From IMG/VR virus record IMGVR_UViG_3300038673_000364, positions 1 through 29,183 of that record: DNA of 29,183 nucleotides. One strand, written 5' to 3'. The notes under the pieces are model-generated. The model was not told the DNA's origin. It searched no databases and saw only the letters and a list, made by a program, of their open reading frames with translations. How positions within the stretch are numbered: position 1 is the first letter of the stretch; the number at the start of each line of letters is the position of its first letter. Source of the stretch: a virus. Its lineage: Duplodnaviria; Caudoviricetes. The position numbers were made by a program, and so were the translations under genes. Shown here one piece after another: positions 20,421-28,207 of the stretch.

Positions 20421-20680
20421 TAGTATATAATAGTAATATTGTGTATTTATATATGTAATTTATTAGTATATAATATAGAAGATACTTTATAGTATATATT
20501 TTTAATATTAGTATATAATATGTTACTTATATTCTTCTTATAATTATTTCTTTATAATAGAATAAGTATAATATCTTAATATATTAGTATATAATATAGA
20601 AAGTATAATATATTCTGAATTTATTAGTATATAATATAGTATATTCTGGATATATAATATAGTGTTAGTATATATAATAG
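20421..20680. repeat. Iteron-like direct repeats TATTAGTATATAATAT(AG)
   Basis: Exact 16-mers at 20461, 20506, 20582 and 20622; degenerate copies near 20421, 20650 and 20665. Confidence 0.75.
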
Positions 20681-20748
20681 TATAGGTAATATATTATGTA
20701 ATATAACTTATATACATTTCGTACTATATATTATATTGTGAGAATCGG

Positions 20749-21013
20749 AAAAATTTTTTATTTTTTTTTTCATTCTGGATTTTGAAAATTTTTTTTAAAT
20801 TTTTTTTATTTTCTATGATATATATGTGGAACCTAGAAAATTTTTTATTTTTTTATTACACGTGTATGTAACCTTCTAATAATGAAAAATTTAAAAATTT
20901 TTTTATTATATATGCAAGTAACCTAAATTCTAAATTTTTTTATTTTTTGTAACATATATATGTAACCTATAAATTTTTTTTTAAATTTTTTTTATTACAT
21001 ATATATGTAACCT
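20749..21013. repeat. Array of ~45-nt units: AAATTTTTTT tracts plus (CATATA)TATGTAACCT
   Basis: AACCT at 20830, 20870, 20920, 20964 and 21009 (spacing 40, 50, 44, 45), each preceded by A/T tracts. Confidence 0.8.
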
Positions 21014-21108
21014 GTTTCCATACTTACCCCCAACCTTGCTGGGCAGGAAAAGCAAATTTGTTTTGTTTTTGTCTTGCCAATTTAACAAACAAATAAAATT
21101 TTAAAACA

Positions 21109-21672
21109 ATGGAAAAAGAAAAAGTAACCCCTCAATTAATTAGTGATTTGCGCAAGCAAGCAGGACAAAGTGAGAAAAGAATTAAAAACGCCGCAAGAAT
21201 GTTTGAAAGGACGCCCGAAAGCGGTGTTTTTGTTACGCCCGTATTGAAAGAATTTGAGTTGGAACAACCCGATGGTACAACTCGAAAGGTGCAAAGTTTG
21301 GGCTACCTCACTGATAAAGGGGACTTTGTCAGCGAATCGGCGCTGACAAAGAGTAACATATTACCTGAACTCGTCCAGATTAGGACGGGTGAAAGAAAGG
21401 GTCGGTATATGTTGCGTATGCAACGTTTGACCGATTTAAGGAAATTTGGAAAAAGCCAGGATGAGCAGCTTGCAAACCTGGCTGGTAAAGCATTCTCAAC
21501 TAAGCCCGTTGAAATTCGGGCATACAAGGCTCAGTACTTAGAAAGTGCTGAGACCTTTGACGAGGTTACTGTCGATGCAGGCGCAGTAACCCCTGAGAGT
21601 GAGGCTGAAATCAAGAAGTCGCTTCTGTCCTGCACAGAAGCCGCAACGGGCTATGAGTTTATCATAAAATAG
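21109..21672 (+). CDS. Hypothetical protein, 187 aa (first rightward gene, stand-alone unit)
   Basis: A-rich leader, visibly higher GC than its neighbours, own terminator. Confidence 0.85.
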   Translation: MEKEKVTPQLISDLRKQAGQSEKRIKNAARMFERTPESGVFVTPVLKEFELEQPDGTTRKVQSLGYLTDKGDFVSESALTKSNILPELVQIRTGERKGRYMLRMQRLTDLRKFGKSQDEQLANLAGKAFSTKPVEIRAYKAQYLESAETFDEVTVDAGAVTPESEAEIKKSLLSCTEAATGYEFIIK

Positions 21673-21681
21673 CCCGTTAAG

Positions 21682-21716
21682 AAAGATAGGGAGGGAAACC
21701 TCTCTATCTTTTTTTT
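21682..21716 (+). terminator. Rho-independent terminator
   Basis: AAAGATAGGGAGG-GAAA-CCTCTCTATCTTT followed by a T-run. Confidence 0.9.
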
Positions 21717-21797
21717 AAATTGAAGTATTCTTTAGTACTTCAATTGAATAGTTTGATAGTTCTATAAAAACTATCGAAGTATAATTTCTAAGAGAAT

Positions 21798-21995
21798 ATG
21801 GATGAGAATAAAATCTATACTCTCGTAGGTTATTATGGAGATGATAATATCTTTAGAGCTTTGTCTGGAGAAGAAATCTCTTGTATAACCTACAGAGAGT
21901 ATAACAGATATATAGTTGGAAAGCTATGCTGTGTAAATATGAGGTATAGTTTCCAACTAAACTGCTGGATAATATTCCAAGCAGTATTATTATAA
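21798..21995 (+). CDS. Hypothetical protein, 65 aa
   Basis: Intact ORF. Confidence 0.6.
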   Translation: MDENKIYTLVGYYGDDNIFRALSGEEISCITYREYNRYIVGKLCCVNMRYSFQLNCWIIFQAVLL

Positions 21996-22050
21996 GGGAG
22001 ATGCCGAAAACCCTTTAAAAGAGTAGGCAATAATTAAATAACAAAAAATC

Positions 22051-22614
22051 ATGCACAGGTATTATTTGTCTTCAAATGGAAACATTCTTAACACAGAGTT
22101 AAGATGTTTTCAAACTTCTACAGGAAACTTTCTGAGGAGGGTATTTGATTCTGAAATGGATTATCTAATGGAGGTACTACCTCCAGTAGAATTTCCAGAA
22201 GGTTTACCAGAACCAGAGTTACCAATCTGGATATATCTCTGGGAAACTAAAGAGATAGAAGGAGAGGAAGTTTATGATGTTATTGCTTTTACTAGAGAAA
22301 TTAATGGTAAAAGAGAATATGCTATTCTTTATGTAACTAATGATGACATACATTCTATTGATGTAAGAATAGTAGATGTAGATATGATTATTTACATGAA
22401 GGATGAGAATAATTCTGATGGAGAAGCAGAACTTCTCAGCTATGCTAGAAAAGCTTCTCTAGAGGAAGTATGGAATCTTGGCAATCCAGACTTTAAAGGT
22501 AGAGTAAAAAAGTACAAGATATTAAAAAGTCTTGGTATCAAACCTCCTTATGAAGAAAAGATTGAGAGAAGGAGGAGAAGAAAAGTTAAAGTAGCACACC
22601 ATAAAACTGTATAA
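22051..22614 (+). CDS. Hypothetical protein, 187 aa (paralogue of 22896..23360)
   Basis: Shares YY...G.I, G.FLRRVF, FPE...E.PIW, FTR...REY and A.LEEV with 22896..23360. Confidence 0.8.
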   Translation: MHRYYLSSNGNILNTELRCFQTSTGNFLRRVFDSEMDYLMEVLPPVEFPEGLPEPELPIWIYLWETKEIEGEEVYDVIAFTREINGKREYAILYVTNDDIHSIDVRIVDVDMIIYMKDENNSDGEAELLSYARKASLEEVWNLGNPDFKGRVKKYKILKSLGIKPPYEEKIERRRRRKVKVAHHKTV

Positions 22615-22616
22615 AA

Positions 22617-22888
22617 ATGGAAACAACAAATACATTAGTTAGTAGTCCAGAAGAGATTGCTAACTTGTTCTTTGACATTCTGAATTCTGGACAAATTCCT
22701 GTAACTGAAGTAATTTAAATGAAAATGAGGTTATAGAAATAGATAAAATCTTAGAACAGAAAATATTAAATGATATTCCATCAGTTATGGATTTTGTTGG
22801 TTTCTATGCCGATACTGTTTTATATAGGTATGAGTTGCATTATACTGATAATGGACTTCCTTACATTTTTGTTGGTAAATTAAAATAA
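22617..22888 (+). pseudogene. Frameshifted small gene (~90 aa if repaired)
   Basis: METTNTLVSSPEEIANLFFDILNSGQIPVTEVI* stops at 22716-22718. The -1 frame continues LNENEVIEIDKILEQK...FVGKLK* to 22888. Confidence 0.6.
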
Positions 22889-22895
22889 CTAAAAT

Positions 22896-23360
22896 ATGTA
22901 CAACTATTACATACATGAAACAGGCGACATCTATAATGTTAAGAAAGGATGTATGCAGAATATAAGAGGAAAATTCTTAAGAAGAGTTTTCCCAGAGTAT
23001 GAGAAATACATAATAGAGAATTCTATTCCATGTGTTTTTCCTGAGAATATTAAGGATGCTGAAGTTCCTATTTGGAATCTTCTTTGGATTGTAAATATTG
23101 GATCTGATAAAGTATATTGTTTTACCAGAAAACAAGAAGGGTTTGACAGAGAGTATTGTACTTTATTAAATCCTGCTACTAATAAAGAAGAGAATACTGC
23201 TGAAATTGTTGATACTGATATATATCCAATCTATAGTAGGACTGATTATCCTAAAGTTTTGGGTGTAGATAAGATAGAACTAGTAGAATCTTCTTTCTAT
23301 TCTGAAGCTACTTTAGAAGAAGTATTTGGTCTTTATTTATCACAAATTTCTAAAAAATGA
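22896..23360 (+). CDS. Hypothetical protein, 154 aa (paralogue of 22051..22614); ends in TGA
   Basis: The TGA stop sits in an ATGA overlap with the next ORF; an in-frame TAA follows four codons later. Confidence 0.8.
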   Translation: MYNYYIHETGDIYNVKKGCMQNIRGKFLRRVFPEYEKYIIENSIPCVFPENIKDAEVPIWNLLWIVNIGSDKVYCFTRKQEGFDREYCTLLNPATNKEENTAEIVDTDIYPIYSRTDYPKVLGVDKIELVESSFYSEATLEEVFGLYLSQISKK

Positions 23361-23452
23361 AAAAGAAATTAAACTTCTATACTATAACATTATCTGTTAT
23401 AAGTATATATTTACTATTTCAAATAGTAATGGGAATAATTACAAATATTTAG
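23357..23452 (+). CDS. Small single-TM peptide, 31 aa
   Basis: MKKKLNFYTITLSVISIYLLFQIVMGIITNI*; ATGA-coupled and fills the gap to 23456. Confidence 0.55.
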   Translation: MKKKLNFYTITLSVISIYLLFQIVMGIITNI

Positions 23453-23455
23453 ACT

Positions 23456-23740
23456 ATGGAAATAAAAAGCAATCCATCAATAGTTAAAGAACTATTTGAT
23501 AAAGTAACTTTTCCATTTCTTGGAACTGACATTATTGCTAGTTCTGGAGAGACAGTACATTCATATTGTCATGTACAGTATGATCCTGAAAAGGATGAAA
23601 TGTACTATAAGTCTGTAGAAAATGATTACCATAATAGGGTATCTGGATCTATGAAATATGATCACAGTAAATCTCTAAGTGATAACATTGCTGATCTAGG
23701 AAAATCTTTCTTGGATAAAGTTTATAATGAATTGAAGTAA
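23456..23740 (+). CDS. Hypothetical protein, 94 aa
   Basis: Intact ORF. Confidence 0.75.
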   Translation: MEIKSNPSIVKELFDKVTFPFLGTDIIASSGETVHSYCHVQYDPEKDEMYYKSVENDYHNRVSGSMKYDHSKSLSDNIADLGKSFLDKVYNELK

Positions 23741-23949
23741 TAATATTAAAAAATATTATTCTGGAAATACATTATAATCATATCTGTAATCTGTATATTA
23801 AATTTCTTATCAATTATGCAATTTATTAACTAGTATTGTATTTTTTATTATTAATAATATTAATATGATAAAAATTATAAATTGCATATTTAATAATATT
23901 TTTAATATAACAGAGATATTGATATTTAAACATATAATGCTTAAAAATT

Positions 23950-24174
23950 AAAATAGTTGAATAGTAAAATAAGAGATGTAAATAGTTGTGGGTAGAGTAA
24001 AGTAGGGTAAAGAGATCGTATTACCTTATTCCCCTACTCTCTAAACATTCTCAATCTTTCAAATTTACTTTCTTATAGTGAAAATGGGTCGTTATTTATC
24101 GTTTATCCTAAAACATCTTATAATCCTTTACAAATACCTAAAATCCATTTTTCACTATCTATTCAACTTATTTT
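23950..24174 (+). ncRNA. Candidate structured non-coding element (~225 nt, branched)
   Basis: Nested helices 23950-23964/24159-24174, 23969-23983/24063-24076, 24001-24010/24021-24030 and 24076-24087/24145-24157. G-U pairs favour the + strand. Confidence 0.5.
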
Positions 24175-24328
24175 ACAAAACAAGGATCAAACAAAATTTT
24201 CAATTTACTAGTTCACCTAATTTGAAATTATAAACAAAAATTAATCATTTTTATCTATATATTTTTATTATCATGCTTGAACCAAAAGAATATAAATTTG
24301 AAAAACCGTATATATCCTGTTTAGAACT

Positions 24329-24583
24329 ATGACAGAACAGTATTTTATTTGGATAAGTAAGGGGTTATTAGAAGATACTATAGTTCTATTAACAGAAGTT
24401 GTAGATGGCTTAATTAATAAAGTAATAATAGCATCTACAAATACAACAAGGGAACCTGTAATAAATCTTAGCATACTAATTAATAAAACTATTGATGAAG
24501 CTATAGATGTTGTAAGTTCTTATGCTAATAGTCAAAACTATGTCGATAAAGAAGCAATAGTTACTGTTTCTAAAGTTTGTTAA
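24329..24583 (+). CDS. Hypothetical protein, 84 aa (paralogue trio, 1 of 3)
   Basis: INLSILINKTIDEAIDVVS matches 24612..24902. Confidence 0.75.
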   Translation: MTEQYFIWISKGLLEDTIVLLTEVVDGLINKVIIASTNTTREPVINLSILINKTIDEAIDVVSSYANSQNYVDKEAIVTVSKVC

Positions 24584-24611
24584 GTATAAATTTTAAATAT
24601 ATAAATAAACT

Positions 24612-24902
24612 ATGGAAGAATTTTACTGCATTTACATAGATGAACCAAATCTAGGTTCTAATACAGAAGCTTTTGTGAAAATAAATCATAACACAATTGT
24701 TTCAATAAAAGATACATCAAGACCTAAAAAATATCAATGGGATGGATGGAAAATTAATCTTAACATTCTAATAGGTAAAACATTAGATGAAGCTTTGGAC
24801 ATTTTATCCGATTCTCTAAATGAAACTAAATACACTTCTGGTGAACCTTATGTCTATTATACAGTAATATCAAAAAATACATACTATAAAGTAACAATTT
24901 AA
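24612..24902 (+). CDS. Hypothetical protein, 96 aa (paralogue trio, 2 of 3)
   Basis: INLNILIGKTLDEALDILS; KKYQWD and PYV are shared with the next gene. Confidence 0.78.
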   Translation: MEEFYCIYIDEPNLGSNTEAFVKINHNTIVSIKDTSRPKKYQWDGWKINLNILIGKTLDEALDILSDSLNETKYTSGEPYVYYTVISKNTYYKVTI

Positions 24903-24916
24903 AACTCTAAAACAAA

Positions 24917-25207
24917 ATGGAAAAGAAGTTTCAATTCCGAGTTTCTGAGATATCTCTTAGGGACTCTTCATCAGTTGTTGTCTCAGTAGAAGACAACATC
25001 ATAACAAAAGCAGTTAGTATTGCTAGTAAAAAGTGTCACTACTGGGACGATTGTCTTCCTAAAGCCAGTAATATGGTAGGAAGAAACATTAATGAGGTAG
25101 AAAAAGAAATTAAAAAATCTATCCTACTATATCAAATGAATGGTTATACTCCTTATGTAATAAGAAGAGAAGTTAAACCTAAAGATAAATGCAGTAAATA
25201 TATTTAA
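24917..25207 (+). CDS. Hypothetical protein, 96 aa (paralogue trio, 3 of 3, divergent)
   Basis: KKCHYWDD...NMVGRNINEV...PYV. Confidence 0.75.
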   Translation: MEKKFQFRVSEISLRDSSSVVVSVEDNIITKAVSIASKKCHYWDDCLPKASNMVGRNINEVEKEIKKSILLYQMNGYTPYVIRREVKPKDKCSKYI

Positions 25208-25209
25208 TT

Positions 25210-25572
25210 ATGAAAGCTTCTGAAAATAAGTTAAAAATAGAACTTGAGGGGCCAGCACTTGGTACCCTCAAGTGGTTTGAAAAGTTCATGTCTAAAAGCA
25301 AGTTTGTAATAAAAGGAAATGAAGAAGAAACCCCAAGTATTTTTTTAATACACCTGAAAGATGACAGATTAATATGTAAGAAGAAAACAGAGAAAAGTGA
25401 TGAAAGGTTTTATAACATATCATCTAATGGATGTGCTTACATATCTCCAGAATATGAAGGAAATAAAGAAGGACTTTTTGATTTTCCCCTAACTCCTAAA
25501 TGTAGAGAAGCTGTGGAAAATACAATAAATGAAGCAATGACTTTGTTTGTCAATTGGTGGAAAGAATCTTAA
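25210..25572 (+). CDS. Hypothetical protein, 120 aa (paralogue of the next gene)
   Basis: GTLKWFEKFMSKS...GLFDFPLTPKC...WWKE. Confidence 0.8.
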   Translation: MKASENKLKIELEGPALGTLKWFEKFMSKSKFVIKGNEEETPSIFLIHLKDDRLICKKKTEKSDERFYNISSNGCAYISPEYEGNKEGLFDFPLTPKCREAVENTINEAMTLFVNWWKES

Positions 25573-25583
25573 ATTAGAAGAAA

Positions 25584-25958
25584 ATGGAAATATATTTAAA
25601 TCATAAACCAACTTATGTTGGTACTTTAGATTGGTTTGAGGACTTTATGTCCGAAAGTGATTTGGTAATAAAAGAAATAGTTAATGGTATTCCTGGATTA
25701 TTCTTGCATAATAAAGATGATATGGGAAGAGATTGCTACCACTTTTTATGTAGGAAAGACCTAAATGATGGATATTATGATGACTTTAATAAGACAGCAG
25801 ATGGTTATATCTGTGTTTTTCCATCAACAAAACTATCTGAAAATGGACTATTTGATTTCCCATTAAGTCCACAATGTGAAAAGGCTGTAGATAAAATGAT
25901 TTTGGAAGCTAAAAACTTGTTCAAAAAATGGTGGGAAAATGATGGAATACCATACTAA
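25584..25958 (+). CDS. Hypothetical protein, 124 aa (paralogue of the previous gene)
   Basis: GTLDWFEDFMSES...GLFDFPLSPQC...WWEN. Confidence 0.8.
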   Translation: MEIYLNHKPTYVGTLDWFEDFMSESDLVIKEIVNGIPGLFLHNKDDMGRDCYHFLCRKDLNDGYYDDFNKTADGYICVFPSTKLSENGLFDFPLSPQCEKAVDKMILEAKNLFKKWWENDGIPY

Positions 25959-25970
25959 AGTACTGAATAA

Positions 25971-26333
25971 ATGGAAGAAATAATTAAAAAATTAGTAGCA
26001 TTAGCTACTGAATATGCAGAATTTATGGAAAGAAAACCAACTAATCGTGAGGTTGTTTTCTGGTATAGTGAGGACTATTCTGAAAAAATATCTGCATACT
26101 TTACTGAAGGAAAAGAATATGTAGTTACTTTTGGAAAAGTTCATATAGCTGAGTATAAAAGCACTATTGAATTTCCTTTCAGTTATACAATTGAAGATCT
26201 TGAAAAAGAATATGACAGGGCTAAACTTTTCTTTAAAGAAGAAAAGGAAAGAGTTAAAAGAAAAATCCAAGAAGCTAAGGAAATTGAAATTGAGTGCCTA
26301 AAAAAGCAATTGGAAGAGTTGGAAAAAAGTTAA
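25971..26333 (+). CDS. Hypothetical protein, 120 aa, coiled-coil C-terminus
   Basis: Intact ORF. Confidence 0.78.
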   Translation: MEEIIKKLVALATEYAEFMERKPTNREVVFWYSEDYSEKISAYFTEGKEYVVTFGKVHIAEYKSTIEFPFSYTIEDLEKEYDRAKLFFKEEKERVKRKIQEAKEIEIECLKKQLEELEKS

Positions 26334-26399
26334 TAAAAAAGTCATTTGTTGTTAGTAGGAGAATTCTTAGTAGTTCTCCTACTTTATAAAATTAAAAAA

Positions 26400-26615
26400 A
26401 TGAAAATAGATAAGATCTTAAGACAACATCGTAGAGACTTCCATGCAATTTATATCTGTGAACATTGCGGATATAAAGAGGAGAAAAGTGGGTATGATGA
26501 TAATTACTTTCATACTGAAGTAATTCCAAAAATGGTATGTCCTAAATGTGGTAAAACTGCTGATAGTGACTATAGACCACTACAAACAAAATATCCTGAT
26601 AATTTTGAAATTTAG
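26400..26615 (+). CDS. Zn-ribbon protein, 71 aa
   Basis: CEHC...CPKC. ATG 26400 follows an A-rich leader; the ORF-track start at 26346 is probably too early. Confidence 0.8.
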   Translation: MKIDKILRQHRRDFHAIYICEHCGYKEEKSGYDDNYFHTEVIPKMVCPKCGKTADSDYRPLQTKYPDNFEI

Positions 26616-26641
26616 GGATAATTTCTTTAAAGATTTATATA

Positions 26642-27013
26642 ATGAAAACTTATGAACAAATTAAAGAATTTTTAGAATCTTTACCAATAGATAAAAATAT
26701 TGTAGATTCTATTGATATAAATATGATAGATCAAAACAATCCTTTTGATTCTATCTTTAATTACCTTTCTAGCATAAATGGATTTCATAAGAAATTTGTT
26801 AACTCTAAAGAAGCTATGGATTATTTAACTAGGTATGATACATCTCTAGTTACAAGTCTAAATTTAGCTGGAGGATATGGATTAAGTATATATGATATAA
26901 ATGCCATAACTTTAGCTACAGTATTATCTAACGAAAGAGGTATAAATAGTCTATATGAAGTAAAAGATCAAATAGAAGACTTCTTTAGAGTTAATAATTA
27001 TTTTGAAAATTAA
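26642..27013 (+). CDS. Hypothetical helical acidic protein, 123 aa
   Basis: Intact ORF containing EAMDYL..YDTSL..SL.LA..YG. Confidence 0.78.
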   Translation: MKTYEQIKEFLESLPIDKNIVDSIDINMIDQNNPFDSIFNYLSSINGFHKKFVNSKEAMDYLTRYDTSLVTSLNLAGGYGLSIYDINAITLATVLSNERGINSLYEVKDQIEDFFRVNNYFEN

Positions 27014-27015
27014 AT

Positions 27016-27315
27016 ATGGAAACAGTAGAATATAAAAAATTAAGAATAATCCTAAGTAAACTCTTAGACAACACAAATAAAGCATTTGAAACCCTTATGT
27101 TGCATCTAAATGAGTTAAAGGACTGTAATGACTTTGGTTCTATAAACAAAAAAATTAGAATTATAAGTGAAGATTATGAAAGGTTTAAATTTTATGCAGG
27201 TAGGTTAGATAAGTTACAAGCACTTTATAGCTTATCAAGCTCTACAAAAAGTATGCATGAAACTGTAGAAGAGTATATAGATAATTTGGGTATTTATACT
27301 AAAGTTGTAAAATAA
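27016..27315 (+). CDS. Hypothetical protein, 99 aa
   Basis: Intact ORF with TAA stop. Confidence 0.75.
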   Translation: METVEYKKLRIILSKLLDNTNKAFETLMLHLNELKDCNDFGSINKKIRIISEDYERFKFYAGRLDKLQALYSLSSSTKSMHETVEEYIDNLGIYTKVVK

Positions 27316-27557
27316 TACAAATTAATAAAATTGTACCTCCAACCTTACAAATTTATACACCGAATGGTGAATTATTAGGAACTGTTAATGAGTATGAATT
27401 TCTAGATATTAGGGTGCAAATTAAAAAGCAACAAGTATCAGGTTACTATGGTATTTTTAATGGAGAAAGAATTAATATTGATAGGAATGGAGAATTAGAA
27501 AAGTATCCTAATGGTTTGTTGGATACAATGACTGGGTATTATCTTGAACTTACATAA
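27312..27557 (+). CDS. Hypothetical protein, 81 aa, with non-canonical ATA start
   Basis: Open frame (I/M)IQINKIVPPTLQIYTPNGELLG...INIDRNGELEKYPNGLLD...LELT* fills the gap exactly. There is no upstream ATG (in-frame TAA at 27300). Confidence 0.6.
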   Translation: MIQINKIVPPTLQIYTPNGELLGTVNEYEFLDIRVQIKKQQVSGYYGIFNGERINIDRNGELEKYPNGLLDTMTGYYLELT

Positions 27558-27574
27558 TAAATTTTATTTTAATT

Positions 27575-27760
27575 ATGACAGATTATTTTATTAAGTTGGA
27601 GGGTATAACAAAGAGAGAATTCTTTGCTATAGAAGCAATGAAAGGATTACTCTCAAATCCTGAACAAGTTAATGCTACTGATTATAAATGGGCAGCAAAA
27701 ACTTCTATTGAGTATGCTGATGCTCTTTTAAAAGAATTGAAAGATGAATTACCTCAGTAA
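27575..27760 (+). CDS. Small conserved phage protein (G.T.R..FA..AM.G...ADA.L pattern)
   Basis: GITKREFFAIEAMKGLLSN...YADALLKEL. Confidence 0.8.
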   Translation: MTDYFIKLEGITKREFFAIEAMKGLLSNPEQVNATDYKWAAKTSIEYADALLKELKDELPQ

Positions 27761-28154
27761 AGACCACTGGAATTATAGGGTAATGGCGAAGGGATACAAA
27801 AATGAAGTATATCTTGGTATATATGAGGTATATTATAAAGACGATATTCCTTCTTCATATTCTAAAGATCCAGTAACCATTGAAGGAAATAACTTATTTG
27901 AGCTTGATAAAGTCTTATCTTTAATGACAGAGTGTTTGGGAAAATCAATACTTTGGTATGGAGAGAAGTTTCCAGAAGAATATAGAAAAAGAGCTACAGA
28001 TTATTTTATTTTACATAAAGAATTTGAAGATTATAAATTAAAAAATCCTTTTAAATACAAACTAGAGTCTATCTGGTTTGAATTATACTGTCTCATTACA
28101 AATAATAAATTAATAGGATGGATTAAAAGTAAATTCAAAATCAATCAAATATAG
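27744..28154 (+). CDS. Hypothetical phage protein, 136 aa
   Basis: WNYRV...IYEVYY N-terminal pattern, common in small phage proteins. Confidence 0.78.
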   Translation: MNYLSKDHWNYRVMAKGYKNEVYLGIYEVYYKDDIPSSYSKDPVTIEGNNLFELDKVLSLMTECLGKSILWYGEKFPEEYRKRATDYFILHKEFEDYKLKNPFKYKLESIWFELYCLITNNKLIGWIKSKFKINQI

Positions 28155-28207
28155 ACAAGAAAGGCTAAACATTGATACCTTATAGACTTATTCTATAGAA
28201 GATACTA

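Noticed and set aside
20421-21013. CRISPR array
   Set aside because: The repeats are degenerate and low-complexity, spacing is irregular, the spacers are not unique, and there is no cas operon. The PD-(D/E)XK gene is a usual stand-alone phage nuclease.
21303-26270. - strand ORFs 21303..21527, 24271..24474 and 26001..26270
   Set aside because: They are antisense to coherent + strand genes and have shadow-like composition.
26642-27013. Ocr-like DNA mimic
   Set aside because: It is helical and somewhat acidic, but I cannot support the assignment without a profile or structure search, so it is left as hypothetical.
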